From the NCBI GenBank assembly GCA_028707125.1, contig JAQTUX010000001.1, positions 725,764 through 789,763 on the forward strand: 64,000 nt of DNA, given 5' to 3'. Of the stretch, positions 28,410-37,955 are shown piece after piece (position 1 is the stretch's first letter; the number at the start of each line of letters is the position of its first letter). The notes under the pieces are model-generated. The model searched no databases, was not told the DNA's origin, and was given only the letters and a program-made list of their open reading frames with translations. This stretch comes from Candidatus Omnitrophota bacterium (GTDB taxonomy: Bacteria > Omnitrophota > Gorgyraeia > Gygaellales > JAQTUX01). The translations under genes were made by a program, and so were the position numbers.

Positions 28410-29345
28410 ATGAATATAGATATCAATAAGATAAAAACATATTCGCTGACTAAGCGCAAGAGCAAGGTCAAGGTCTCTGAATTCGCCAAAGTCCTTAGAA
28501 AAGGCATAAGTTTTAAGGGCTTCTACGATTCGCTCCCTGACATTCTGAAGGCCTCCGAGCTCAGGAAGATAGTTGACGCTGTTATATCTGCCCGTCGGAA
28601 AAAGAAACCCGTGATCTTCATGTGCGGGGCGCACGTGATTAAATGCGGCCTGGGCCCTCTTTTGATCGATTTAATGAAGAGGGGCATAATCAGCTGTATT
28701 TCCTTGAACGGCGCGGGCATCATCCACGACTTTGAGCTGGCCTATTGCGGCCAGACCTCTGAAGACGTAGGCGAATCGCTGAAAAGCGGGAAATTCGGCA
28801 TGTCCCGCCAGACCGCGGAATTTATCAATGCCGCGGTTAAAGAGGGCAATGGGCTGGGTATGGGCATCGGAGAGGCGGTAGGGTTGAAGATCGAGAAAGA
28901 GCGGCTGCCCAACCGGCATCTGAGCATCCTGTCCTGCGGCTACAGGCTGGATATCCCCGTTACCGTCCATGTGGCGATAGGCACGGATATAATACATCAG
29001 CATCCTTCATTTGACGGCGCGGCCTGCGGCGAGGCAAGCGCTAAAGATTTTTACCGGCTGGTTGAGGAGACCGCTAAGCTTGATAACGGCGGCGTGGTCA
29101 TCAACTTCGGCTCTACGGTAGTGCTTCCGGAGGTTTTCCTGAAGGCGTTGAATCTGGCCCGTAACCTGAAGGGAAGCATCAGAAACTTTACTTCAGCAAA
29201 CTTTGATATGTATTATCATTACCGGCCGGCGATGAATGTGGTCTGCCGCCCCACCGAAGGTTCGGGAAAAGGGCATTATATCTTAGGCCACCATGAGATA
29301 ATGATACCGCTTTTGTACGCGGCGATCATTGAGAAGATACGATGA
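28410..29345 (+). CDS. Deoxyhypusine synthase-like family protein (hypothetical function)
   Basis: [45 protein letters not shown] parallels the eukaryotic DHS block [44 protein letters not shown]. Later blocks ([12 protein letters not shown] versus GMIILGGGVV) also fit. This is my recall, not a database search. Confidence 0.45.
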   Translation: [311 protein letters not shown]

Positions 29346-30373
29346 ACATCAACAAGAACCGGATAAAAAATATCATTAACGGGTTTTCCCGGGCCAGGGT
29401 CCTTGTAGTCGGAGACCTCATCCTTGACCAGTATATTTTCGGAGAGATCGACAGGATCTCTCCGGAAGCGCCGGTGCCTGTGGTGCATGCCAAGGAGAGG
29501 CAGTATTTGCCCGGCGGCGCCTGCAACGTAGCCGCCAATATCACAAGTTTAGGCGGCTCTGCTCAACTCGTCGGGGTCATAGGCAGGGACCTGCTTGCGA
29601 AGAAGTTGTTATCCGAGATTAAGGAAAGGCGCATAGGCACGGCAGGTATTATTCAGGACGCCGCGCGGCAGACCATACTTAAAACCAGGGTATTGGGCCA
29701 GAAACAGCAGGTAGTCAGGGTGGACTGGGAAGATGAGTCCGCGATATCGGATAAGACATCAGGCAGGATGTGCGAATATATCCTTAAAAACGCGTCCAGG
29801 TTTGACGCGGTCATTATTGAGGACTACGGAAAGGGCGTCATAACAGAGAAGGCCCTCAGGACGCTGAAGAGCGCGGTCGGCGGCGGCAAGATAATAACCG
29901 TTGACCCGAAGGAAGAACATTTTGATATTTACAGGGCGTTGTCTGTGACCTGCATAACCCCTAACCGCAGGGAGGCGGAATGCGCCATAAGGTATATAAA
30001 GATAAAGGATAAAGATAACGCCCTTGATATTTACAGCGATAAACTGAGGAGCGACAACGATATTAATCTGGCAGGCGAAGAGCTAAGAAAATACTTAAGG
30101 TGTAAATCCGTGCTTATCACTCTTGGCGAGTCAGGCATGCGTTTATTTGAGACGGGAAGGGTTACCCCCATACCTACTTTCGCGCAGGAGGTTTTTGACG
30201 TATCTGGAGCAGGCGACACCGTGATCGCCGCCCTGACCCTCGCGCTTGCCTCAGGCGCCGGGCTCGCGGAGGCCGCCTTTATCGCTAACCACGCCGCCGG
30301 CATAGTCGTGGGAAAGCTGGGCGTGGCTACGACGGATAGAAAGGAACTAAGGGAGCGTTTACAATGGACGTGA
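29342..30373 (+). CDS. hldA: D-glycero-beta-D-manno-heptose-7-phosphate kinase (RfaE domain I, PfkB family; kinase domain only)
   Basis: VLVVGDLILDQYIFGEIDRISPEAPVPVV and the C-terminal DVSGAGDTVIAALT (PfkB motif) are present. There is no adenylyltransferase domain. Confidence 0.8.
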   Translation: MNINKNRIKNIINGFSRARVLVVGDLILDQYIFGEIDRISPEAPVPVVHAKERQYLPGGACNVAANITSLGGSAQLVGVIGRDLLAKKLLSEIKERRIGTAGIIQDAARQTILKTRVLGQKQQVVRVDWEDESAISDKTSGRMCEYILKNASRFDAVIIEDYGKGVITEKALRTLKSAVGGGKIITVDPKEEHFDIYRALSVTCITPNRREAECAIRYIKIKDKDNALDIYSDKLRSDNDINLAGEELRKYLRCKSVLITLGESGMRLFETGRVTPIPTFAQEVFDVSGAGDTVIAALTLALASGAGLAEAAFIANHAAGIVVGKLGVATTDRKELRERLQWT

Positions 30374-31104
30374 TCGGAGTAATACCGGCGCGGTTTGGTT
30401 CAAGCAGGTTTCAGGGCAAGGTGCTTGCCGATATATTGGGCAAGCCGATGATACAGCATGTCTGGGAGCGTTCCAAACAGGCGAAGCTGCTTGATGACCT
30501 GGTCATTGCCTGCGATGACGAAAAGGTGGCGCGGGCCGCGGAGGGGTTTGGGGCGAAGGTGGTATTTACCGCCAAGGCGCATTCCTGCGGCACAGACAGG
30601 ATCGCGGAGGTGATCAATCCCATTGATGTGAACATCGTGATCAATATTCAGGGAGACGAACCGCTGGTCCATCCCGCGATGATAGATAATGTTGCCAGCG
30701 AACTCCTGGGCAATAAGGACGTATATATGGTAACGCTGATGAAGAAGATAGAGTCGGCGGATGAGGTCTCCAGCCCCAATGTCGTAAAGGTCATAACCGA
30801 CAAAGACGGCTTCGCGATCTATTTTTCCCGCTCCGCCATTCCTTATCATCGTTCGGAAAGCGCGGATGAGCCGGCCCCGGTTTATTATAAACATATCGGG
30901 CTCTATGGGTACACCAAGGATTTCATCTTTACTTACAAGAATATCCCGAAGTCAAAACTGGAACTGGCGGAGAAACTGGAACAATTGAGGGTTTTGGAGC
31001 ATGGGCTGCGCATTAAAGTTCTTGAAACCAGATTTGATACCGTGGGAGTGGACAGGTTTGAAGATATAGCCAAGGTAGAGCGATTGCTCAGGGAAGGGCT
31101 ATGA
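30364..31104 (+). CDS. kdsB: 3-deoxy-manno-octulosonate cytidylyltransferase (CMP-Kdo synthetase)
   Basis: [31 protein letters not shown] is present; 246 aa. Confidence 0.9.
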   Translation: MDVIGVIPARFGSSRFQGKVLADILGKPMIQHVWERSKQAKLLDDLVIACDDEKVARAAEGFGAKVVFTAKAHSCGTDRIAEVINPIDVNIVINIQGDEPLVHPAMIDNVASELLGNKDVYMVTLMKKIESADEVSSPNVVKVITDKDGFAIYFSRSAIPYHRSESADEPAPVYYKHIGLYGYTKDFIFTYKNIPKSKLELAEKLEQLRVLEHGLRIKVLETRFDTVGVDRFEDIAKVERLLREGL

Positions 31105-31922
31105 AGACGGTAAGGGTAGGAAAGATAAAGATAGGCGCCGACAGCCCTCTGGTTTTGATCGCCGGGCCCTGTGTCATTGAATCAGAGGCAATGGCATTGT
31201 CCTGCGCGGGAAAATTAAAGTCGATCTGCGACGGGCTTAAGGTACCGTTCATATTCAAGGCCAGCTACGATAAGGCAAACCGGCTTTCAGGCAAGTCCTT
31301 TCGCGGCCCCGGCATAAAAAAAGGGCTTAATGTGCTTAAGCGCGTTAAGAAAGAGATCGGCGTTCCCGTGCTCAGCGACGTGCATTGCAGGGAAGAGGTA
31401 AAGGAGGCTGCCGGGGTATTGGACGTGATCCAGATCCCCGCGTTCCTCTGCCGCCAGACCGACCTGCTTGTTGCCGCGGCAAAGACAGGGAAGCCGGTAA
31501 ACATAAAGAAGGGGCAGTTCATGGCTCCCTGGGATATAATCCCGGTGCTGCATAAAGTGGAATCACAGGGCAATAAGAACATATTGATCACCGAGCGCGG
31601 CGTGAGTTTCGGTTACAACAATTTAGTCGTTGACTTGAGGTCGCTTGCCGTTTTGAGCGAAAGCGGCTACCCGGTTATCTTTGACGCCACCCACAGCGTG
31701 CAGCTGCCCGGCGGAAGAGGCGATGCCTCTTCGGGGCAGAGGCAGTATGTTGCCGGTCTTTCGCGCGCCGCCGTTGCCTTCGGCTGTAACGGGCTGTTTT
31801 TGGAAGTCCACCCTGACCCTGATTCGGCGCTTTGCGACGCGGCCAATATGATCTCGTTGAATGAGGTCAAGCATTTACTTTCCCAGGTAATTAAAATAAA
31901 CGAGGCGTTGAAATGTGCGTAA
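31101..31922 (+). CDS. kdsA: 2-dehydro-3-deoxyphosphooctonate aldolase (Kdo-8-phosphate synthase)
   Basis: [15 protein letters not shown]...[12 protein letters not shown]...KKGQF are DAHP/KDO8P synthase motifs. Confidence 0.9.
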   Translation: MKTVRVGKIKIGADSPLVLIAGPCVIESEAMALSCAGKLKSICDGLKVPFIFKASYDKANRLSGKSFRGPGIKKGLNVLKRVKKEIGVPVLSDVHCREEVKEAAGVLDVIQIPAFLCRQTDLLVAAAKTGKPVNIKKGQFMAPWDIIPVLHKVESQGNKNILITERGVSFGYNNLVVDLRSLAVLSESGYPVIFDATHSVQLPGGRGDASSGQRQYVAGLSRAAVAFGCNGLFLEVHPDPDSALCDAANMISLNEVKHLLSQVIKINEALKCA

Positions 31923-32872
31923 AGAGGGCAAGAGAGGTCTTGAGGATCGAGGCCGAGGCGATAAAAGGCCTTACGCCCCGGCTAAACGAAGATTTTAATA
32001 AGGCAGTGAGGACCATATACGAATGTAAGGGAATGGTCGTGCTTACCGGCATGGGCAAGGCAGGCATCATCGCCCAGAAGATCTCCGCGACGCTCGCCTC
32101 TACGGGCACGCCCAGTTTGTTCCTTCATTCCGCGGAAGCGATACACGGGGACCTGGGCAGGGTCAGGAAGGAAGATGTGGTAGTCGCCCTTTCCTATAGC
32201 GGAGAGACGCAAGAGGTAAAGCAGCTGCTCCCGATATTAAAAAAGATCGGTTCCACGCTTATATCAATTACAGGCGGCCCAAGGTCAACGCTGGCGCGCT
32301 ATTCCGATGTGGTCCTGGACGTCAGCGTGAAAAGAGAGGCATGCCCTTTAGGTCTGGCGCCCACGGCCTCCACTACCGCTATGCTGGCCATGGGGGACGC
32401 GCTTAGCGTCTGCGTTCAGGAAAAGAAGGGTTTCCGCGAAGAGGATTTCGCGCTGTATCACCCCGGCGGTTCGCTGGGTAAGCGGCTTCTGCTGAAGGTC
32501 GCGGATATAATGCGCAAAGGCAGGGATAATCCGGTAGTGAAAGAAAGCGAGAAGGTTTCCAGGGTGCTGTACAAGATCACGCAGGCGCGCGCGGGCGCGG
32601 CTTCAATTGTAGGCAAAGATGGAAAACTGAGCGGCATATTTACCGACGGAGATCTGAGAAGGCATCTTGAGTCGGATATCGATATTGCCAACTGTCATAT
32701 CTCTGAAGTCATGACCAGGAGGCCGGCAACGATCACAAAAGAGCGGCTGGCTGTAGAGGCGCTGAAGATATTAAAGGATAAAAAGATCGATGAGCTGCCT
32801 GTCGTAGATGAGAAAATGCGGCCTGTGGGCATGCTTGATGTGCAGGATCTGCTTAAGGCGGGATTAGTTTAG
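31913..32872 (+). CDS. kdsD: Arabinose-5-phosphate isomerase (SIS domain + tandem CBS domains)
   Basis: [41 protein letters not shown] is a SIS domain. The C-terminal CBS pair is present; 319 aa. Confidence 0.85.
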   Translation: MCVKRAREVLRIEAEAIKGLTPRLNEDFNKAVRTIYECKGMVVLTGMGKAGIIAQKISATLASTGTPSLFLHSAEAIHGDLGRVRKEDVVVALSYSGETQEVKQLLPILKKIGSTLISITGGPRSTLARYSDVVLDVSVKREACPLGLAPTASTTAMLAMGDALSVCVQEKKGFREEDFALYHPGGSLGKRLLLKVADIMRKGRDNPVVKESEKVSRVLYKITQARAGAASIVGKDGKLSGIFTDGDLRRHLESDIDIANCHISEVMTRRPATITKERLAVEALKILKDKKIDELPVVDEKMRPVGMLDVQDLLKAGLV

Positions 32873-32875
32873 GAT

Positions 32876-33397
32876 ATGGATAATCTTACAGAAAAACTAA
32901 AGAAGGTCAAAGTCCTGCTGCTGGACGTGGACGGGGTGCTGACGGACGGCAGGATCATCTATGATTCCAAAGGCAGGGACATGAAATTTTTTGATGTCCA
33001 CGACGGCATGGGCGTGCACCTGCTTAAAAAGGCGGGCATCAAGGTCGTGCTGGTGACCGCGCGCGGCTCAAAGGCGATAAGGCCGCGCGCAAAAGATATG
33101 GGGGTTGATTTTATTTTTGAGGACCTTTCGCCCAAGACATCCTGCCTGGGCAAGGTGCTTGGCCGTTTTAAAGTGGCTGCCGACGAACTTATGTTCGTAG
33201 GAGATGACCTCGTTGACCTCTGCCTGATGAAGGCGGTAGGGCTTCCTGTCGCCGTATGCAATGCCTGCCCGGAAGTCATAAATAAGGCGGCGTATATAAC
33301 AAAAAAGTCAGGCGGCAGGGGAGCTGTCAGAGAGATATCCGAGCTTATCCTTAAGGCGCAGGGGAAGTGGGATGAGGTAATAGCGAAATATGTCTAA
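32876..33397 (+). CDS. kdsC: Kdo-8-phosphate phosphatase (HAD-IIIA)
   Basis: VKVLLLDVDGVLTDGRIIY...GDDLVDL are present; 173 aa. Confidence 0.88.
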   Translation: MDNLTEKLKKVKVLLLDVDGVLTDGRIIYDSKGRDMKFFDVHDGMGVHLLKKAGIKVVLVTARGSKAIRPRAKDMGVDFIFEDLSPKTSCLGKVLGRFKVAADELMFVGDDLVDLCLMKAVGLPVAVCNACPEVINKAAYITKKSGGRGAVREISELILKAQGKWDEVIAKYV

Positions 33398-34265
33398 ATA
33401 TAATATTCTCTTCTTATTATTTTGTATTTTTATAGCGGCGAGCTCCTTTCTCGCTTCCGCTGAAGAGGAGCAGAAAGATGCGGAGCAGCAGATGGAGGAG
33501 TTCAGCATAGCCGGCTTCGGCGAACAAGGGAAGAAGACCTGGCAGCTTAACGGCAAGAACGCCGATATATATTCCAGCAACATAAAACTGACCGATATAG
33601 TCGCGGATATGTACGGTGATCAAGACGACATCACGCTTACCGCCGACCGCGGCTCTTTTGACAAGGCAAACGGCAAGATGCACCTTGAAAGCAACGTGGT
33701 GGCCACGACAAAATCCGGCGCCAAGATGACCACGGATTCGCTGGATTGGGACAGGGAGAAACAACTGGTCACCACTCCGGACAGGGTGAATGTTTACAGG
33801 GAGAATATGCACACGCAGGGCACAGGGGCAGAGGGAAAGACAGACCTCCAGACCGTGACCCTGCAGAAGGATGTTAAGGTTGAGATAGAGCCCAAGGAGG
33901 GAGAGAAGGCCCAGGGTACGGTCACCATTACCTGCGACGGAGCGCTTGAAGTCGATTACGGCAAAGAGGTCGCGGTGTTTAACGAGAACGTTAAGGCGGA
34001 TGACGGGGAAAATCAGATCTACAGCGACAGGATGGACGTCCATTTCAGCATGTCGGGGGAGGTTGACCCCAAGACCGGCCAGAAAAAGGGCAGTATAAAA
34101 AAGATAGTGGCAGAGGGTAATGTGAAGATAGTAAAGGGCGAGAACGAGAGTTACGCCCAGAAAGCGGAGTATATTGCCGAGGAGAAAAGGGTCGTGCTTA
34201 CCGGCAGGCCTAAACTTATGATTCTGTCTGAAGGCGGAGGGCTGGATGCATCTTTTGGAGATTAA
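33390..34265 (+). CDS. LptC/LptA-family (OstA-like beta-jellyroll) LPS transport protein, probably an LptC-LptA-like fusion or elongated LptA
   Basis: A signal/anchor helix is followed by repetitive OstA-like beta-rich sequence. It sits between kdsC and lptB, as in canonical kdsC-lptC-lptA-lptB operons; 291 aa. Confidence 0.65.
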   Translation: MSKYNILFLLFCIFIAASSFLASAEEEQKDAEQQMEEFSIAGFGEQGKKTWQLNGKNADIYSSNIKLTDIVADMYGDQDDITLTADRGSFDKANGKMHLESNVVATTKSGAKMTTDSLDWDREKQLVTTPDRVNVYRENMHTQGTGAEGKTDLQTVTLQKDVKVEIEPKEGEKAQGTVTITCDGALEVDYGKEVAVFNENVKADDGENQIYSDRMDVHFSMSGEVDPKTGQKKGSIKKIVAEGNVKIVKGENESYAQKAEYIAEEKRVVLTGRPKLMILSEGGGLDASFGD

Positions 34266-34968
34266 GGGCCTGACCAAATCATACGGCGGAAGGACGGTCG
34301 TAAAGGGCGTAGACCTTTTAGTCAAGCGCGGTGAGATAGTCGGGCTGCTCGGCCCCAACGGCGCGGGCAAGACCACGACCTTCTATATGATAGTAGGGGT
34401 GATCCCGCCCGACAAGGGCAAAGTCATCTTTGACAATCATGATATAACCAGGTTCCCCATTCACAGGCGTTCGCATTTCGGCATAAGTTATTTAAGCCAG
34501 GAGGCATCCGCGTTCAGGAAACTCACGGTAGAAGAAAATATTATGGCCATACTGGAGATACTGCCGTTGGGCCCCAAAGAAAGAGAGAAACGCCTCAGAG
34601 GCCTGTTGAAGGAATTGAATATCGCCCATCTTGCCAAGTCAAAGGCCTATACCCTTTCGGGCGGCGAGAGAAGGCGGCTTGAGATCACGCGGGCGCTTGT
34701 CACCAACCCTTCCTTTATATTGCTGGATGAGCCGTTTTCAGGCATTGACCCCATCGTGGTCGCCGAAGCGCAGGAAATAATAAGGGAGCTTAAGGCCAAG
34801 GGTTTGGGCATATTATTGACTGACCATAATGTAAGGGAGACCCTTGCCATTACCGACAGGGCGTACCTGATAGCGGACGGCAAGATCCTGATCTCCGGCA
34901 GCGCCGGCGATCTGATAGATAACCCCAGGGCCAGAGAGTTATACCTGGGGGAGAAATTCAAAATGTGA
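34246..34968 (+). CDS. lptB: LPS export ABC transporter ATP-binding protein
   Basis: Walker A GPNGAGKTTTF, the signature LSGGERRRLEI and Walker B ILLDEPFSGID are present; 240 aa. Confidence 0.9.
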   Translation: MHLLEIKGLTKSYGGRTVVKGVDLLVKRGEIVGLLGPNGAGKTTTFYMIVGVIPPDKGKVIFDNHDITRFPIHRRSHFGISYLSQEASAFRKLTVEENIMAILEILPLGPKEREKRLRGLLKELNIAHLAKSKAYTLSGGERRRLEITRALVTNPSFILLDEPFSGIDPIVVAEAQEIIRELKAKGLGILLTDHNVRETLAITDRAYLIADGKILISGSAGDLIDNPRARELYLGEKFKM

Positions 34969-34989
34969 AGCCAGGAAGGAGCAGCTTAA

Positions 34990-35880
34990 GTGAAAAAACA
35001 GATCAAGAAGATAGACGCCACAAAGATGGAAGTGCATATTGAGGCGGGCGCCGATGTGGTAGCCGGTAAATTCAACGAGGTTTACGAAAAGATCTCAAAA
35101 GAGGCGAAGGTCAAGGGTTTCAGGCCGGGCAAGGTGCCGCGCGATATCCTGGAAAAACATTATTCATCTCATGCCCATCAACAGGTAGTCAACGAGCTTG
35201 TTCCGGATCTATTGAAGAAGGCGGCGGATGAAGACAAGATTAATATAGTAAGCGTCCTCAATGTCAGCGACGTCAATTTAAGCGGCGCGAATATTTCCTT
35301 TAAGGCGGATGTTGAGGTTGAGCCGGAGGTCAAGCTCGGCGAATATAAGGGCATTAAGGTCAAATGGGAAGAAGTAAAGATCGGCAAGGATGACGTCAAA
35401 AGGTATATAGAGGCGCTGAAGGAAAAGGGCGGGCTGGAAGTCCCCGGCGAAGGGCTCGCGCGCGCTCTCGGCTACCCCAGTAATGAGCAGATGGAGGAGT
35501 CGGTGCGCATGCAGTTGTATCTTCAAAAAGAAAATCAGATAAGGTCGGGCATAGAGCAGAAGATAATAGACGAGCTTCTAAAGAGTTCTTCCTTAAGCGT
35601 CCCGCAGAGTTTATTGGCCAGGCGCCTTGATGAGCTTGCCTCCGACGCCAAGATGCAGCTTGCGATGAGGGGTTTTACCAAGGAGCAGATCGAGGGCAAG
35701 GACGAAGATTTGAAGAAGGAACTCAAGGCAAATGCCGAAACGCAGGTGAAGATATACCTTATATTCAAAAGTATAGCGCAGAAAGAGAATATAACCGTAG
35801 ACAATCAGGTGACTCAGAAGGTGATGGAGTTCTTGCTTAAGGCCGCCGACTGGGATGTCCCGTCGAGGATAATAACATAA
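34990..35880 (+). CDS. tig: Trigger factor lacking the PPIase (FKBP) domain (GTG start)
   Basis: The ribosome-binding signature GFRPGKVPRDILEKHY and the tig-clpP gene order are present. At 296 aa it is too short to contain the central PPIase domain. Confidence 0.7.
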   Translation: MKKQIKKIDATKMEVHIEAGADVVAGKFNEVYEKISKEAKVKGFRPGKVPRDILEKHYSSHAHQQVVNELVPDLLKKAADEDKINIVSVLNVSDVNLSGANISFKADVEVEPEVKLGEYKGIKVKWEEVKIGKDDVKRYIEALKEKGGLEVPGEGLARALGYPSNEQMEESVRMQLYLQKENQIRSGIEQKIIDELLKSSSLSVPQSLLARRLDELASDAKMQLAMRGFTKEQIEGKDEDLKKELKANAETQVKIYLIFKSIAQKENITVDNQVTQKVMEFLLKAADWDVPSRIIT

Positions 35881-35886
35881 CTGACT

Positions 35887-35904
35887 CCACACTTACGTGT
35901 GGGG
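35887..35904. repeat. Palindromic hairpin repeat, copy d (CCACAC-TTAC-GTGTGG, flanked by GG), upstream of clpP
   Basis: The same loop and stem core as copies a-c, followed by the same GGGGAATnG tail. Confidence 0.65.
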
Positions 35905-35922
35905 AATTGGAGAGGAGGATAT

Positions 35923-36531
35923 ATGCAGGGGACACACGGACAAATTCTGGTACCAATGGTTATCGAACAGAACCCGAGGGGTTTTGAACGCGCCTACGAT
36001 ATCTATTCCCGCCTTCTTAAGGACAGGATAATATTCATCGGCACGATCATTGATGATAATGTGGCCAATCTTATCATAGCCCAGATGTTGTTTTTACAGA
36101 TGGAGGATACAAGCAAGGAGATCAGTATATACATAAATTCTCCGGGCGGCTCGGTAACAAGCGGCCTTGCCATTTACGATACGATGCAATTTTTAAAGCC
36201 GGACGTGGCCACTTATTGCGTGGGCCAGGCCTCCAGCATGGGGGCGATGCTTCTGGCGGCGGGTGTTAAGGGCAAACGTTACGCCCTGCCCCATTCGCGC
36301 GTGATGATACATCAGCCCTGGGGAGGCGTGCAGGGCCAGGCGTCGGACATATCCATTCACGCCAAGGAGATCCTCAGCTTGAAAGATAAGATAAATCAGA
36401 TACTTTCCAGCCATACGGGCCAGCCGCTGGAAAAGATCGAGAAGGATACGGATAGAGATTATTTTATGTCTTCCGATGAGGCAAAAAAATACGGCCTTAT
36501 CGATGAGGTGATCACACATAAAAAGAAATGA
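35923..36531 (+). CDS. clpP: ATP-dependent Clp protease proteolytic subunit
   Basis: [30 protein letters not shown] plus the catalytic GQASSMGA...H...D are present. GGAGAGGAGG is the RBS. The ATG at 35923 is preferred over 35899, which starts inside the repeat. Confidence 0.9.
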   Translation: MQGTHGQILVPMVIEQNPRGFERAYDIYSRLLKDRIIFIGTIIDDNVANLIIAQMLFLQMEDTSKEISIYINSPGGSVTSGLAIYDTMQFLKPDVATYCVGQASSMGAMLLAAGVKGKRYALPHSRVMIHQPWGGVQGQASDISIHAKEILSLKDKINQILSSHTGQPLEKIEKDTDRDYFMSSDEAKKYGLIDEVITHKKK

Positions 36532-36537
36532 TAATTA

Positions 36538-36670
36538 AAACACTAAACCCTAAACACTAAACTCTAAACAAACTCAAAATACAAAACACAAAACAGCAAG
36601 TAAGTTTTGACATTTGAGTTTGGGGTTTTGGGTTTATTTAGGGTTTAGGATTTAGAGTTTAGGGTTTGGA
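36538..36670. repeat. Imperfect inverted repeat built from about 8+9 heptamer units: (CACTAAA/CCCTAAA...)n on the left arm and (TTTAGGG/GTTTTGG...)n on the right arm
   Basis: The left arm is almost purely A/C and the right arm almost purely G/T. 7-nt periodicity is visible by eye, and the arms are largely complementary. The repeat lies between clpP and the aminotransferase gene. Confidence 0.7.
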
Positions 36671-36685
36671 AAGGAGAATTTATTT

Positions 36686-37822
36686 ATGAGGAAGAGATAC
36701 TTATTAACACCGGGGCCTACGCCCATTCCGCCGAACGTGCTTGAGGCCGAAGCCAGGCCGATCATACACCACAGGACTCCGCAGTTTCAGGGGATACTGA
36801 AGGAAGCGGAGGATGGCCTGAAGTATGTTTTTCAGACAAAGAACGACGTATTCATCCTTGCTTCATCAGGCACGGGCGCGATGGAGGCGGCAGTGGTTAA
36901 CCTGCTTTCTGCCGGCGACAGCGCCATTACGATCGAAAGCGGAAAGTTCGGGGAAAGATGGACCGAGCTTTGCGCCGCTTACGGCGTAAACGCGCAGGTG
37001 ATCAAGGTGCAGGACGGCAAGGCAGTTGAGCCGAATGTTGTCAAGGAGGCCCTTAAATCCAACCCCGGGATCAAGGCGGTGTTTTCCACGCTTTGCGAGA
37101 CATCCACAGGCGTCACTAATGACATCAAGGCGCTGGGCGAGATCGTAAAAGGTACCGACGCGGTTTTAGTGGTTGACGCCATAAGCGGCCTGGGGGCGGT
37201 TGACCTCAAAACCGATGAGTGGTCGGTTGACGTCGTTGTGGCCGGTTCGCAAAAGGGGCTGATGCTTGCGCCGGGGCTGGGCTTCATCAGCGTAAGCGAG
37301 AAGGCGGGCAAGCGCGTTAAGGAAACAAAGTCCCCCCGTTATTACTTTGATTTAAATAAGGCGAAGAAGGCGCTTGATAAGACCGATACGCCTTTTACTC
37401 CGGCGATATCGCTGATCATCGCTTTGAACGAGAGCCTGAAAATGATAAAGCAGGACGGGCTGGAGGAGGTTTTCAAGAAGCACAAGCGGCTCGCGGATGC
37501 CGCCAGGGCGGCTGTCAAGGCGCTTGGCCTGGGGCTGCTTGCGCCTGATGCCGCCTCTGACGCGGTCACGGCCGTAAAGGTGCCTGCGGGCATAGAAGGA
37601 GAAAAGCTGGTCAAGACCATGCGGGATACTTACGGGGTCACCATTGCCGGAGGCCAGGGAGAATTAAAGGGGAAGATCTTCAGGATAGCCCATATGGGCT
37701 TCATAGAGGAGTTTGATATCATTGTCGGTATCGCCTGTTTGGAAAAGGTATTGAACCAGATGGGCTATAAATTTCAGTTAGGGGCCGGTGTCAGGGCGGC
37801 GCAGGAAGTCTTTTTAAAATAG
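36686..37822 (+). CDS. Class V aminotransferase (serine-glyoxylate / phosphoserine aminotransferase family), putative SerC
   Basis: LLTPGPTPIPPNVLEA...SSGTGAMEA... and PLP-lysine context are present. It is adjacent to serA. Confidence 0.75.
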   Translation: MRKRYLLTPGPTPIPPNVLEAEARPIIHHRTPQFQGILKEAEDGLKYVFQTKNDVFILASSGTGAMEAAVVNLLSAGDSAITIESGKFGERWTELCAAYGVNAQVIKVQDGKAVEPNVVKEALKSNPGIKAVFSTLCETSTGVTNDIKALGEIVKGTDAVLVVDAISGLGAVDLKTDEWSVDVVVAGSQKGLMLAPGLGFISVSEKAGKRVKETKSPRYYFDLNKAKKALDKTDTPFTPAISLIIALNESLKMIKQDGLEEVFKKHKRLADAARAAVKALGLGLLAPDAASDAVTAVKVPAGIEGEKLVKTMRDTYGVTIAGGQGELKGKIFRIAHMGFIEEFDIIVGIACLEKVLNQMGYKFQLGAGVRAAQEVFLK

Positions 37823-37825
37823 TTG

Positions 37826-37955
37826 TCGGTAACGGTCCGGGTTACGGTCATGTATCGGTTACGTGTAACGGTTTGGGTTACGTATTTATAACGATAGACG
37901 TAACCGAATGCCGTTACCGTTACGTAGCCGTAACCCTAACCGACAGACGTAACCT
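37826..37955. repeat. Heptamer-based inverted-repeat array: about 6 GGTTACG-like units followed by about 6 CGTAACC-like units
   Basis: Examples: CGGTAACGG (37828) pairs with CCGTTACCG (37911), and GGGTTACGG (37839) pairs with CCGTAACCC (37928). Further GTTACG/CGTAAC units fill the 145-nt spacer between the aminotransferase stop and the serA start. Confidence 0.7.

Noticed and set aside
27705-28634. 309-aa minus-strand ORF
   Set aside because: It is antisense to the GT9 gene and the start of the DHS-like gene. It has a Ser/Arg-rich shadow-type composition.
33417-34376. 319-aa minus-strand ORF
   Set aside because: It is antisense to the lptC/A-like and lptB genes. It has no recognisable motifs, and the + strand genes are well supported by operon context.
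36538-36670. Telomere-like TTTAGGG/CCCTAAA repeats as an actual telomere or eukaryotic contamination
   Set aside because: The array is short and imperfect. It is internal to a syntenic bacterial operon region (clpP-serC-serA) and is arranged as an inverted repeat, so it is a bacterial cis-element, not a chromosome end.
37826-37955. GTTACG-unit array as a CRISPR array or tRNA
   Set aside because: The units are 7 nt with no unique spacers, and half are in inverse orientation. No cloverleaf or CRISPR repeat-spacer periodicity is present.
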